Shown here: piece after piece, positions 41,046 to 62,116 of the stretch
Layout of the letters: each line of letters opens with the position of its first letter
Position numbering within the stretch: position 1 is the first letter of the stretch
Source: Macrostomum lignano
Taxonomy: Eukaryota
Reading direction: 5' to 3'
Length of the DNA: 64,000 bases
NCBI GenBank assembly: GCA_002269645.1
Contig: NIVC01001143.1
Span: forward strand, 62,001-126,000
Translations under genes and position numbers: made by a program
Notes under the pieces: generated by a model
Database searches by the model: none
Told to the model about the DNA's origin: nothing
What the model saw: only the letters and a program-made list of their open reading frames with translations

Positions 41046-41192
41046 GAAGAGATGTTTAGCTGCTCAAGGAAAACTAACGGCCTGATGAAGAAGAGTGCAG
41101 GTATTGTATTCTTCGAGCAGGTGGGTGCGGAGTAAATCTGTCAGGCCAGCTCACAGTGGATTCCAGTGCCGGAGCTGCGGGCTGGCGAGCCT

Positions 41193-44100
41193 TCAAAAGA
41201 ACGGCGTAACGCCCTGCGGCCACTCAACTTGGGCTCCGGGCCAGCGAGTCTGGATCAGCCGCTCGAGCAGGTGGCCCCGCTGATGATGCTGCGGATGCTG
41301 GTCCTCCTCATCAGCTGACTCGTCGTTACCGACCGGCTCTGTCGGCAGCGGCGGAGGCTGCGACTGCCGGCTGCTGCGCCGCCGCTGCTGCTGCAGCTGC
41401 TCGAGCTGCTGCTGCTCCTGCAGCATCTGCCGGTAGCGCCGGCGGGCCGACTTGCGGGCGGTGGCCACCCGGGCCTGGCGGGTGTCCACGGAGAGGCGGC
41501 AGGGCCGGAACTGGCTGGCCAGGCCGGTGTAATAGTACAGGTGGAAGGCCGTCTCCGAGCGCCAGTGCTCCATGAGGCGCGAGTGCGTGCTGAACAGCAG
41601 CCCGGCCTGGCCGCGGCGCCGCACCAGCCAGATGGGGAAGCGGGGGGACCGCAGCATCGAGCCCACGGCTGGCCGCGTCTGCAGCGCCAGGGATCAGGAG
41701 GGGAAAATAAGCAACTTCTGGTTGACTCCTTGCCACATCCTGTTCTATCCTATCCTCCCACCGATCACCAACCAGTTTCCCCACCGCATCCCATCCCATT
41801 CCCATCCCCATCCTCATCACCATCCCATCCCCATCCTATCACCATCCCCATCACCATCCTATTACCATCCCCATCATCACCATCATCATCCCATCCCCAT
41901 CACCATCCTCGTCACCATCCCATCCCCATCCTATCACCATCCCCATCATCATCCTATTACCATCCCCATCACCATCCTATCACCATCCCCATCATCATCC
42001 TATTACCATCCCCATCACCATCATTACCATTACCATCATCATCATCACCATCCCATCCCATCTCCATCCAATCTCCATCCCATCTCCATCCCATCCCATC
42101 GGTCACCTGCAGCAACCCAACATCCGGCCGCTGGGCCAGGCCAGTGCGCGGAGCGGGCAGCGGCGCCCCGGTCTCCGGGTCGGCCAGCTGGCAGCCATTG
42201 TGCAGGAAGCGGCAGGCGGCGCCGGTCAGCAGCAGGGTGAAGCCGGGCGTCGCCAGCTCCTCGTTGTCGTTGAGCAGCGAAGCCTTCGGCGCGCCGTCCC
42301 AGTCGGCCTGGATGCGCAGGAAGCCGCGCGACAGCACCAGGCAGTAGAGGAACAGCAAGCAGCCCGGGTGCGACGGCGACGTAAACTGCGGGGGCGACCG
42401 GGAATTCCCAAATAGAGCTATTTTTAGCAACAGGAAGGAAGTACGTCGCATCGGTTGGCGCTAAAAACATAGTTGGCTAGACTAGCAATTCACTCAACCA
42501 GATATTCAAAGAACTCACAGAAACAAATCAAGAAAAATAAGTGAGTGAACATGTAAGACTAAAACAAAAGAAGCGGATATTCAAATTGAAATACGCAGGT
42601 ATCAGATAGAACGCAAACGGAGGCGGTGAATCCTGGGGGTTTGTTAAAGTGCAACAAAGTAAAAAGCAATAAGAATGCTTGAGGTCAGGCGGAAAGGGGA
42701 AGAGCAGGGCTGTGCTGGAGCGTTAAAATTGTGAGCAAATTGAGTTGCAGACATAAAATGTGCAAGACAGGTGGGTGATTCTGAGAATTTTAGCTTCAAA
42801 TTTACCTTGCGCATGGGGCACACAAATCCAGCTGAAAATATTGCCAAGTACAAGCGTACAGATCGGGTTATCAATAAAGTACGTTTCCAAGGGCTGAGCT
42901 GTAGTTATAAAATGAAAAAAACTGAGGGTTGAGCTCAAACAAGTAAGGTTAGTGGGGTTGGGAAATAAAATTTTATTACTGAGATTGCCCCACAGATTGT
43001 CAATGCTGGGATTGAGCCATAGACTGTTAATTCTGGGATTGGGCCATAGACTGTTAATTCTGGGATTGGGCCATAGACTGTTAATTCTGGGATTGGGCCA
43101 TAGACAGTTAATTCTGGGATTGGGCCATAGACTGTTAATTCTGGGATTGGGCCATAGACTGTTAATGCTAAGATTGGGCCATAGACTGGTAAAATTTTGG
43201 AATTGGGCGATAAACTGTTAATGCAGGGATTGGGCCATAGACTGTTAATGCTGGGATTGGGCCATAGACTGTTAATACTGGGATTGGGCCATAGACTGTT
43301 AAAATGCTGGGATTGGGCTATAGACTTGTATTACTATGGTTAAAGCCATAGACCCTTATTACTAGTAGATATTATACTAGTAACCCGGGAGAGTTGCCAT
43401 AGAAACGAACTGGTGCAACTTTGGGAGATCAGTACTCACGTAGTTCTCCAACCGCCTGAGCCCATCCAGCAGTTCGGGCAGGGAGGTGAAGTAGAACAGG
43501 TGCAGTCGCTCGGTGAACCCGTCCTCCCTGTACTGGTCATCGCTGGGCACGTGGCACTCACTGGACGGCGCCGCCAAAGCAGCTCTCCGACCCTCGCCGG
43601 CGCGCCACAAAATGTCGGCAAGAGATTCGGCGAGCAGTGTCGGGCGCCGCGCCGGCTCCACGGCCAGCAGGTGGGTGCGGAACCGGTCCGGACAGTCGGC
43701 CGGGAACAGCAGGCGGCGCAGCAGCTGGGCCTGAACGCACAGCACCAGCGCCCTGGTGGCGTCGCGGTGCGCCAGCAGGCCGTACGGATGCGGCCCGGAG
43801 GCCTCCTGGAAGGTGAAGTGGGCGCGGCGCCACTCCTTGCAGAAGGGGTGGACGGCGTTGCCGAAGGTGACCTGGCGGAGGCGCAGGGCCTCGCCGCGGC
43901 CGATCGGGGCGCCGCCGAGCATCCGGTGGAAGCTGCCGACCCCGGAGCGCTGGATCGGCGGCAGCGGCGCGGTGTAGGCGGGCCGCAGGCCAAGCACAAT
44001 TTTCCGGCGCGGCTGGCTCGGCTCCGCCTCCGCCTCCGCCGGCATCGGCAGCGTGTCCTCGCGCTTCAGCGCCACCCTGTCGGACTCGGAGGCCTGCGGC

Positions 44101-44634
44101 AGCGGGCGGAGGCCGCTCTTCTGCCTGCCGAGCGGGACAGACAGTCATTGCTCTACCCTTGGCTTCTGAATTCTACCCTTGGCTTCTGAATTCTACCCCT
44201 GGCTTCTGAGTTCTACCCTTGGCTTCTGAATTCTACCCCTGGCTTCTGAATTCTACCCCTGGCTTCTGAATTCTACCCCTGGCTTCTGAATTCTACCCTT
44301 GGCTTTTAAGTTCTATCAATGGCTTCTAGTTTCTTTACTCTATGTGACCACCGACTGCTTTTGCCCGCCTGTGCAGCACAGCAGATTACTAATCAATCAA
44401 TAACAAATCATTCCGCAGTTCAATCAGCCCCAACCTGCGCAGGAAGCTGGCCTCCTTGAAGGTGGGATTCTCCACGAAGCTCAGCAGCCGGTGCAGCCCG
44501 TTGGAGTCAACGTCCAGCCGTTTCCTGCTGTTCAGCGACTCCCACAGGCGGGTCCGGTCGCGCTGGAAGGCGTCTTCGCTGTCCCAGTCGTCTGTTCGAG
44601 AGGACTGCGGCTGCTGCTGCTGCTGCGGCTCCAT
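41193..44634 (-). CDS. MINDY4B: MINDY4B (FAM188B2)-like inactive deubiquitinase, about 549 aa; exons 44634-44435, 44124-43440, 42385-42107, 41678-41193
   Basis: LRQVTFGNAVHPFCKEWRRAHFTF, VLCVQAQLLRRLLF, GCLLFLYCLVLSRG, LLLTGAA, VGSMLRSPRFPIW, FHLYYYTG, IQTRWPGAQVEW..PFF match MINDY4-family motifs; the catalytic GGPC loop reads RDATR as in the MINDY4B type. Confidence 0.82.
41790..42098. repeat. Degenerate CCAT/CAT low-complexity repeat (MINDY4B intron 3)
   Basis: Seen directly. Confidence 0.85.
43010..43325. repeat. 27-bp minisatellite GGGATTGGGCCATAGACTGTTAATTCT (MINDY4B intron 2)
   Basis: About 11 copies. Confidence 0.9.
44150..44300. repeat. 20-bp minisatellite TTCTACCCCTGGCTTCTGAA (MINDY4B intron 1)
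   Basis: About 8 copies. Confidence 0.9.
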
Positions 44635-44687
44635 CGTGGCGGCTGCTGCATGAGTCAAAAAGCAGAGCAAAGAAAATCAGCCAAGAC

Positions 44688-45722
44688 CTGGACCCAGATT
44701 CCAGGAAACAGGACCCAGATTCCAGGAAACAGGACCCAGATTATAGGAAACAGGACCCAGATTATAGGAAACAGGACCCAGATTCCAGGAAACAGGACCC
44801 AGATTCCAGGGAACAGGACCCAGATTCCAGGAAACAGGACCCAGATTCCAGGAAACAGGACCCAGATTATAGGAAACAGGACCCAGATTCCAGGAAACAG
44901 GACCCAGATTCCAGGGAACAGGACCCAGATTCCAGGGAACAGGACCCAGATTATAGGAAACAGGACCCAGATTCCAGGAAACAGGACCCAGATTCCAGGA
45001 AACAGGACCCAGATTCCAGGAAACAGGACCCAGATTCCAGGAAACAGGACCCAGATTCCAGGAAACAGGACCCAGATTCCAGGAAACAGGACCCAGATTC
45101 CAGGAAACAGGACCCAGATTCCAGGGAACAGGACCCAGATTATAGGAAACAGGACCCAGATTCCAGGGAACAGGATCCAGATTCCAGGAAACAGGACCCA
45201 GATTCCATGAAATAGAACTCTGATTTGGGAGTGCAAACTGGGGTTCAGGAACCGGAACCCCACACTTGTATAACAGAAATCGAAATTTAGGAATGAGAAA
45301 CCCACATTTAGGAATCAGAATTAGAAAACTTAAACTCAGGAATCAGAAACCCACACTTAGGAATCAGAAACCCACACTTAGGAATCAGAAACACACACTT
45401 AGGAATCAGAAACCCACACTTAGGAATCAGAAACCCACACTTAGGAATCAGAAACCCACACTAAGAAATCAGAAACCCACACTTAGAAATTAGAAACCCA
45501 CACCTAGGAATCAGAAACCCACACTAAGAAATCAGAAACCCACACTTAGGAATCAGAAACCCACACTTAGGAATCAGAAACCCACACTTAGGAATCAGAA
45601 ACCCACACTTAGGAATCAGAAACCCACACTTAGGAATCAGAAACCCACACTTAGGAATCAGAAACCCACACTTAGGAATTAGAAACCCACACTTAGGAAT
45701 TAGAAACCCACACTTAGGAATC
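44688..45722. repeat. Two adjacent 21-bp arrays: AGGACCCAGATTCCAGGAAAC (44688-45207) and AGGAATCAGAAACCCACACTT (45340-45722)
   Basis: About 24 and 18 copies, between the NAGA 3' end and the MINDY4B start. Confidence 0.95.
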
Positions 45723-46279
45723 AGTATTTAGCAAACGGAACAAAAACTCAAAATTAAGAATACAAAAGACCAAAACTCGCAAAATTGATTCAACAATTAC
45801 CGATAAAAAGATTTTATAAAGAGAAAATCACTACAAGGCATAACAATTCCGTACCGCAAACGGCAGACTATATAATCATTAGTAATCGCAATAGAAAAAT
45901 ATCATAGAAAAGTAAGGCAAGGATTACTGAACCCAAGCTACATGTATAAAAATGTGGGGACTCGATTTCTCCTAGCAACCATTGGCCATTATTGGAGAGG
46001 AACATTTGTTGAGTTTGAATCACCTGGATGAGCAATTCCAGCAACCTCATGTACTTTGTATATTGTATGAATATTGGCAGCATTGGAACTCATGGCTGTG
46101 AATCAGACGACACGGAATCCAACCAGACTCTGCCTCCAGATCCGGAGCTTTGCTTCCGGCTTCATCCTGGTGCTTAAGCTGACATCCACTTTGCGAAATA
46201 CAATACAAAATCTAAGTGGGAAACCAAGTGCTGGATAAAAATGTACTGGCTAGTTGGCACTCTGCCGGCACCGAGCCAG

Positions 46280-54083
<7,804 letters not shown>

Positions 54084-54224
54084 TATGTAGGCTTTGTCAG
54101 ATGGGACAGAGTTCGCATCAAGGGCAAATGGGCTTATTTTCTATACGCTTACATGGCGAAAATAACCTTGACTAAATCAGCTGATTTGGGAGGGAGATTC
54201 TCGAATGGAAGAGGTTTGAGGGCG

Positions 54225-54825
54225 ATTCTCAGGGACTGTAGGTCAATTCTCATGGACTGTAGGTCAATTCTCAGGGACTGTAGGGCAATTCACAGGGACT
54301 GTAGGTCAATTCTCAGGGACTGTAGGTCAATTCTCAGGGACTGTAGGGCAATTCTCAGGGACTGTAGGGCAATTCTCAGGGACTGTAGGTCAATTCACAG
54401 AGACTGTAAGGCAATTCTCAGGGACTGTAGGGCAATTCACAGGGACTGTAGGACAATTCTCAGTGATTGGATTGGAGGGCAATTCTCAGTGATTGGATTG
54501 GAGGGCAATTCTCAGTGATTGGATTGGAGGGCAATTCTCAGTGATTGGATTGGAGGGCAATTCGCAGTGATTGGATTGGAGGGCAATTCGCAGTGATTGG
54601 ATTGGAGGGCAATTCGCAGTGATTGGATTGGAGGGCAATTCGCAGTGATTGGATTGGAGGGCAATTCGCAGTGATTGGATTGGAGGGCAATTCGCAGTGA
54701 TTGGATTGGAGGGCAATTCGCAGTGATTGGATTGGAGGGCAATTCGCAGTGATTGGATTGGAGGGCAATTCGCAGTGATTGGATTGGAGGGCAATTCTCA
54801 GTGATTGGATTGGAGGGCAATTCGC
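54225..54825. repeat. 21-bp GGGCAATTCTCAGGGACTGTA grading into 26-bp GGGCAATTCGCAGTGATTGGATTGGA, between EXOC8 and NAGA
   Basis: Shared GGGCAATTC core; switch near 54460. Confidence 0.95.
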
Positions 54826-55257
54826 AGGAAATAAGAGATTTGAGGCCGATTCTCAAGGAAGAGAGCTTGGAGGGCGCTTGCCAAGCAAGAGAGTTGAATA
54901 AGCGAGGCTTGGAGACGGGCGGCAGAGGCAAGAAGGGTTATTGTAAGACATACTAAACTTCTAAAGCAGAGCTGCTGTTAAAGAAAACTCAAATTAACAA
55001 AAAGCAGCACACAGCAGTTCGCAATAACTTGTGACGCAAATCTGAGAATAATGATAGAAAATAATTATAATTATAAATCATAGAGAAGCAGATAAACAGA
55101 CTAACAGGATTATCACTAGGCTGCACAGTTGTGCGTTACAGAATGGCACCAGCATCAGGCTGCATCAGTGAGCATGCAATACTCAGTACAGCCTAGCAAC
55201 CCAATTACACGGGGCTGGCGGCTGACAGGTCTGCAACTGTCTGAAAATCTTGAGTCT

Positions 55258-58089
55258 TCAAACCATGCTCGGCTTGCTCATCTCGATGAGGCGGCCGAGC
55301 TCCTGCTGAGCCTCCCAGAAGGTGTCAAATTCCTGGGGCTGGCAGCCGCTGACCCCCGACAGGCGGGTGTTGCAGGCCTGCAGCGGGCACGACTGCAGGA
55401 ACGTCAGGTTGTGCAGGATGAAGTCGCGCTGCGGGGCGGGTGCGGCATCGGCGTGTCATGCCATCGGGGCTTTGTGAATCATCTGTGTTCACACACTGTC
55501 TGTTGTGAATCATCTGTGTTCACACACTGTCTGTTGTGAATCATCTGTGTTCACACACTGTCTGTTGCGAATCATCTGTGTTCACACACTGTCTGTTGTG
55601 AATCATCTGTGTTCACACACTGTCTGTTGTGAAGCTGCGACTCACGACATGGATTCACACATTGGTGTTCACATGTTTAGTTACACAGATTTCTTAATAC
55701 TAAAATCATTTTTCTAATAATCAGAACAGTTTTACTGCACAATAAAGGTTCTACAAATTCTTAATGTCAAATTTAACTAGGGTCATAAATCAGGAGAAAT
55801 CGACAGACAGATCAAAAGGTCAAAGCGGCTGTCAATTAATCAAATTAGGTTGTAAAAAATATTTTGTCTATAATTAAAGCACCTGTCAATATGACAACAA
55901 GCAACACCGAATCAATTGCAATACCAACACCCAGATCAATTAATTACCCAACCCGCCCAGTGCAATCAGCGAGATCCCAAACACAGATTTTGTGTTAGGT
56001 TGAAAATGCACAGCAAATTCTGCTTCAGAAGGCATCCTTTAGACTGGATGCAATTGAGGCCGGTGCCAGCCAGGTGCAAGCGGTACTTACTCGCTGGAAT
56101 TTGAGTCCGGATTGCAGGGTAATGAGCGATTCGTTGAGCACTTGACTTAATTTGTGAATAAAATTTGCAACACCAATCCGACATGCGATTCCTAGAAAAT
56201 CCTCTGAAATCAAATATGACATTCTCCGCTACCTGCACGAACAGATCTGTTAGCGAAGAAAATTCAATGTGAGGTTTCGTGACGGCGACAAGGTGGGTTG
56301 TTCGCGACGGCAAGCGTGACGACGACAAGGTGGGTTGTTCGCGACGGCAAGCGTGACGGCGACAAGGTGGGTTGTTCGTGACGGCAAGCGTGACGACGAC
56401 AAGGTGGGTTGTTCGCGACGGCAAGCGTGACGGCGACAAGGTGGGTTGTTCGTGACGGCAAGCGTGACGACGACAAGGTGGGTTGTTCGCGACGGCAAGC
56501 GTGACGGCGACAAGGTGGGTTGTTCGCGACGGCAAGCGTGACGACGACAAGGTGGGTTGTTCGCGACGGCAAGCGTGACGGCGACAAGGTGGGTTGTTCG
56601 CGACGGCAAGCGTGACGACGACAAGGTGGGTTGTTCGCGACGGCAAGCGTGACGACGACAAGGTGGGCTGTTCGTGACGGCAAGTGTGACGGCGACAAGG
56701 TGGGCTGTTCGTGACGGCGACAAGGCGAGTTTTTATTACCTAACGGCGAGTTTTCCGTGACGACAAGCGTGACGGCGCCAGGCAGCAGGCAACAAGCAGT
56801 TGGTACTAGCAAATGCTTTTCAGGCAGAGGCGCTGGCTCACGAGAGTGCGCTCACTGAACATTTAGTCTGCTGCAGGGCCTGTACCGATGCACTGGAGTG
56901 GAAGGGCACTCAGTCGACACAGTAACATCCACAAGGCAGGCGCTGGTGCCACTCTGAAGACCATGCTGAGCAGTGTCTCAGTAACAATCTGTGTCTCAGT
57001 TAGCAGAACAGAAACTCTTACAGAGCCCGATCAACAGGCCAGGGTGAGTTAGTGATAATGTTTCGGTGCTCGGCACCATAAAATATTTTCTCCAGGAAAC
57101 AGAGTGACTCGCATCTAAGATGAGCACTCCACAGCCGCCTCACCTTGTCCAGCAGCTGCGCAGCGCTCAGACAGCGCCTGTAGTGCTTGATCTCGGCCGA
57201 CAGCAGCGAAGCCAGGGCGTCGCTGACCGTGTAGTGCAGCTCGCGGGTGTACAGCTTGGCGAGGGACTCGGCGAATTTTACGAACGAATTTGAGAACACG
57301 TAGGTCATGCTGCTGATGTCGAACTGGCGAGTCTGGCCTGCGGGGTAGGCGCGCATATTGATGATTCTCAGGGTGATCAGAGCTGATTCTCAGGGTGATC
57401 AAAGCTGATTCTCAGGGTGATCAAATCTGATTCTCAGGGTGATCAAAGCTGACTCTCAGGGTGATCAGAGCTGATTCTCAGGGTGATCAAAGCTGATTCT
57501 CAGGGTGATCAAAGCTGATTCTCAGGGTGATCAAAGCTGATTCTCAGGGTGATCAAATCTGATTCTCAGGGTGATCAAAGCTGATTCTCAGGGTGATCAG
57601 AGCTGACTCTCAGGGTGATAAAAGCTGATAGGCAATTGGAAGTCAATTTCATGAGAAATACTGGTTTCCTTTTCTGCTGATCATTAAGAATTCCAGAAAG
57701 GATTAAGCAATAAAGATTCTCTTCAGTTTTGAGTCGCCTACCCAGCGACCGCTCCGTGGCCTCGGGGCTGAACTGGCGCACAAAGGCGAGAAACTCCTCG
57801 GCCTCCTTGCGGGTGCCGCGCCGCAGCACCACCCATTTCTCCTCGGCAGCGCGCGAACTTGCCGCGTCGATCAGTTTCCGCGCCTGTCGCTCGATGGCAG
57901 CCTGCCAGGCCTCCAGACAGGCCGCCTCCAGCATGAAGGCTGCCTGCACCCGCTCGGAGTCGTTCACCGACTTGGCCGCCTGCTTGGCCGCCGCCCAGCC
58001 GCTGGCGAACTCGGCAAAGCTGGCGGGGGCGAGCACCCGGTGCAGCCGCTCTGCCAACTGCTCGATCTGCGAGGCGTGGATGGACTGGT

Positions 58090-58121
<32 letters not shown>

Positions 58122-60786
58122 GACTGACTGACTGACTGACTGACTGACTGACTGACTGACTGACTGACTGACTGACTGACTGACTGACTGACTGACTGAC
58201 TGACTGACTGACTGGCTACCCCCATTCAAGGCACCTCGTGGCGGCACCAGCGCAGCAGGGCGCTGTTGGCGTCGCGGCCGAAGCCGGCAAGGCTGAACTC
58301 CTTCAGCGACTCGACCAGCGTCTTGAAGAAGGCGGCCGCGATTCGCTTAGCGTAGAGCGCCTGAGAGTCCTCCAGCTTGACGTTGTCAACCAGGTGCTGC
58401 CGGATGCTGGAGCGCAGATGGAGAAAGTGCTCAGCCGCCTCGGCCGCCTTGCCCAGCCGGACCAGCTCGCGGACGGCCTTGCGAGAGGATTTCGGGCCGC
58501 CGCGGAGGGACACGTGCGGCGGGATCTGCAGCTCCCTGAGGGCAGCGTAGGAAGACTGGGATACTTGAAGAATTTTAAGCAGTATGCACTGTGCAATCCT
58601 GTTTGTGCTCAAGCCCATATGGAGCTCAAACTGGGTCACATTGTGCTCATATGGAGCTCACCCAATCAGCAATCGGATGACGGCGCCCTTGCGCAGGTCG
58701 ATGCGGCCTTTGAGCACCCGCATTTGCGGCCGGGCCTCCAGGCGCTTGTAGCACTCCAGCAGCAGGTCGACGGCCTTCTCAAAGCGGCGCTCAGCGATGA
58801 GAACGTCCAGGTCGTCTGGCTTGTCCTCGAACCAGGCCGCCTCCTCGTCCTCGAGACTGCGGGGTGCCGGAGCTGAAGAAGGCGAGGCTGGTGAAGCAGA
58901 GCCAGGGCGCCCCGCCACCAAGTGAGACGGCTGGCGCTTGCCGGAGTCCAGGATGGCCTTCGCCAGCTTCGCGGCGCGGACCTTCTCGATCTGCACATTT
59001 TCAGACGGCGGAGTCCCGAAGCTAAACCACGCATACTTTAAAAGGTGCCGCTACCCCATAACCCCACCTGTACTTCAGCAGGTGCCTCCTGCCCCACTCG
59101 GTGGACTCACCCAGCCCGCTGCCTCATCCGAGGAGTTGACGCTGAACACTCTGGTCTCGGGGAAGACGCGCATCTTGATGAGGTTGGCAAACTGAGCCGC
59201 CCCGGAGCTGCCGGCGCCGCCGCCGCCGCCGTTAGAAACAGCAGCGCCTTCAGGCGATGCGGAAAAGGCAGCGGGCGCAGTCTGGTGGAATCTGTCGATG
59301 TCCTGGCGGGAGGCAACAGCGCTGAAGGACACGTTGTCCAGCTCGATGAGCTCCAGCAGCGTCATCTTCCTGCTGGAGGCGTCGGGGCCGCCGACAGAGG
59401 CCAGAAGGACGCAGTCATTGAGCAGAAACAGGTGGAACTCGCCGATCGGGTGCAGGCCGGCCGGGCTGACCTCCGTGCAGTCGCCGTGGTGCAGCATCGA
59501 TCTGTTTGGCACGTCAGCCACGTCTGAGCTGCCCTCCACGCGCTCCAGGATGTACGACAGCGCCTTGCGGGAGTCCGTCTCGGAGGCGGCGGCAGTGGAG
59601 GATGCGGTGGCGGGTGCACCAGCTGAGGCGGCGGAGGCAGAAGAATCCGTGCGCGGCTTACCCTCGGCACCGACCAGATCGGTGAGGCGAAAGTCGGTGA
59701 GCACCTCCAGCAGGTGGCGCTGGTCCTTCAGCATGCTGCTCATCACCTGCATCTCGGCCTCCAGCAGCGCCACCTCCTTGGCTGCCTCAATGAACAGTTG
59801 GTAGTTCTGGTATACCGCCTTCTTGATGTTGCCATCAGTTTCTTCAACAATCTGCTGCACAATGGCCTCAATGTCCCCTGTGTTGTGCTCGCCTCGCTGT
59901 ACCAAATCTTTCACAACTAAAAATTATGGGACCAGATAGCTCTGTTAGTGAATGGTTGATAGCTATTTAGAAATATAATAATTAAGTAAAGAAACTGTAT
60001 AATGTCCTATTTATTACATGGCATTTTAAATAAAAATAACTATAAAAACAAATAAAATTCAACATAAGCAATTATTAATAGAACAATATATATAGTTCCA
60101 TACATATAAAACTTATAGAACCTATTCTATATAGAACACGTACAGATATTATCAATTGAAAATAGAATATATTAGGAAAAATACTGCTCAAATTTAAAAT
60201 CAGCACCAATAATAGAAACCTTTGAAGTGAAAAAATTATGATCCTATCAAAGCTGCAACTAATTTAAAAACATAAACATAAAGAAGTTTATATATTTTTT
60301 TGTTAGTCTTGTATATTATATATCAAACTAAAAGTAAAGCAAACTAAAAGTATCAATACAATAAAAAAATACAAATAAGAACATAATAGCTATTTAAAGT
60401 CCTGTAATGGCAACCAAACAAGATTTTGAATTGGGACTTCTTTTACTTTAGATACAATCAAGGCTAACTGTACCTAATTGGGTATAGCTTTAGATTCCTG
60501 TTCTAAATTATTTTAATGCTTTTTCCTCACTAATTGGGCTTTGAAATTTTTGAAAAAGCATTAAAATAGTTTTAAGCAGGATTCCAAAGCTATGTCAGTG
60601 ATTGGTGCTACCTTTGCAATAAACTGTATTGTACTGCAAAAACCTTAAAGTTAAAAGTGGCTTGAAATAACAAAAAAGAAGGAATTACTTACACTCCAAT
60701 GGATTTTCCTTCGTTCTTAAGATTCGTTTTAGACCAGTTGAAAGAGATACATCTTTTCTTTCTGTCACATCTGTAGCCATTGGCAT
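55258..60786 (-). CDS. EXOC8: Exocyst complex component 8 (Exo84), about 739 aa; exons 60786-60693, 59916-59111, 58990-58662, 58535-58235, 58066-57742, 57337-57144, 55428-55258
   Basis: EETDGNIKKAVYQNYQLFIEAAKEV (Vps51-like), PH domain HLFLLNDCVLLA, WFEDKPDDLDVLIAERRFEKAVDLL, SLRGGPKSSRKAVRELVRLG, RDFILHNLTFL terminal exon; phases consistent. Confidence 0.92.
55476..56720. repeat. EXOC8 intron 6 arrays: 31-bp TGTGAATCATCTGTGTTCACACACTGTCTGT (55476-55630) and 37-bp GTGACGACGACAAGGTGGGTTGTTCGCGACGGCAAGC (56278-56720)
   Basis: About 5 and 12 copies. Confidence 0.9.
57368..57625. repeat. 22-bp minisatellite CTGATTCTCAGGGTGATCAAAG (EXOC8 intron 5)
   Basis: About 11 copies. Confidence 0.95.
58088..58213. 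repeat. (TGAC)n microsatellite (EXOC8 intron 4)
   Basis: About 31 copies. Confidence 0.97.
60484..60593. other. Imperfect 42-bp-arm inverted repeat in EXOC8 intron 1 (possible MITE relic)
   Basis: ATAGCTTTAGATTCCTGTTCTAAATTATTTTAATGCTTTTTC versus the reverse complement of 60552-60593. Confidence 0.65.
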
Positions 60787-62116
60787 TACACCCGCAAAGG
60801 GCTATATTTTTAAAAATAAATTATGGCAATTAAGACAGCCAACAGATGATTAGGCGACTAAAAGTCGAAAGAACATAAGTTTGTATTTGTAAATGTATTT
60901 ATAACAATACAACGAAGCCAATGTAAAAACAAATATCACTTCTTGATTAAGACAAGTTTCTGAAATCTAGACTGGACTACTATATTATGTGTAGTATGTA
61001 TGTACACAATTTCTTGTAACTTCGTGGTTTTAAATTCATGTGATAAAAGCAACTGAAAATTGTGTTAAAATATTACAAATATCTTATCTAGCAGTTATTA
61101 ATAAAGTTTTATTTTGAAGTTAAAATTTTTTCTTTAAAATAATTTCATCTAAATTTTTCAGCTCTTTTGTTATTCGTGTATTTTTATTACCATATTTGAA
61201 CATCATAGGTTTCTTGGAACTGTTTTAATCGATCTTGGCTCGCTCGCCATAAATCGCCACACTAATTATAGCGCAAGACTTAACTTAGAGTAATTTTTTT
61301 CTTGTCAGGACTCAGAGCTTTGGTTTTGCTCTGTAGTTGTCTTTGATTCAGTTGAGCATGATTTGTAAGCGTAGCTGTGTCCAGCAGAAGTTAAATATAA
61401 TTGTAAATTTGAGTTCGTTTTCGCTCTTGGGTGTGAAATCTTGTCTGGATCTGTATTTTATTTTTTTCGATAAAGAATTGTTTTAGTCTCTAATATCAAG
61501 GGCTCTTACAGATTTAAGGAGTCATGGACTATCCTATTTTATATTAACTTCCATAGTCAACAGTAATATTAAAGGCTACAGGGCAACAGGCTAAAATTTT
61601 AGTATTCTTGTATTTTGAACAGCAAGCTAATTTAGTAAGCATGAAAAGGTGAAATTTTCATGTTTTTAAATTACCTACAACTGTATAACCTTAAATTTTT
61701 ATATTTTAAATTTCTTGTATAGCTATATTATTATTTTAAGTATTCAAGGAAAAATACTAGATTTTATATTCAATATAAAATTATAACTATTATGATTAAG
61801 TTATTATGAGTAATTTTTTTCAACTTTTTAAGTGACATATCCAAGAGTTTATATGTTTAAAACTAATTTCCTGCTATTGGTTATGCTTAATGCAAAAAGT
61901 AGATAAATTGAATATAAAGTATATAAATGGATAATCTTTGCCCTATGCATCATATGGTCTAGACTGCATAAAAGGTGCTGCGCCTAACAACAACGCTGCG
62001 CAGACCCTGCTCGCTGTCTCCCTTTAGTAGTATAACAAATCCAAGTCTAGCTCTTCTGCGAACTTCCATCTCTATTGAGACAACCCGGGAAGGCCAGGAG
62101 CAGCAGTGAGCAAGCT

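Noticed and set aside
41072-41120. CTGATGA hammerhead core
   Set aside because: No GAAA after the putative stem II and no stems I or III.
56025-56240. Extra EXOC8 exon (ANFIHKLSQVLNESL..|GTAAGT)
   Set aside because: Phases do not fit between exon 6 (phase 0) and the terminal exon, which already completes the Exo84 C-terminus.
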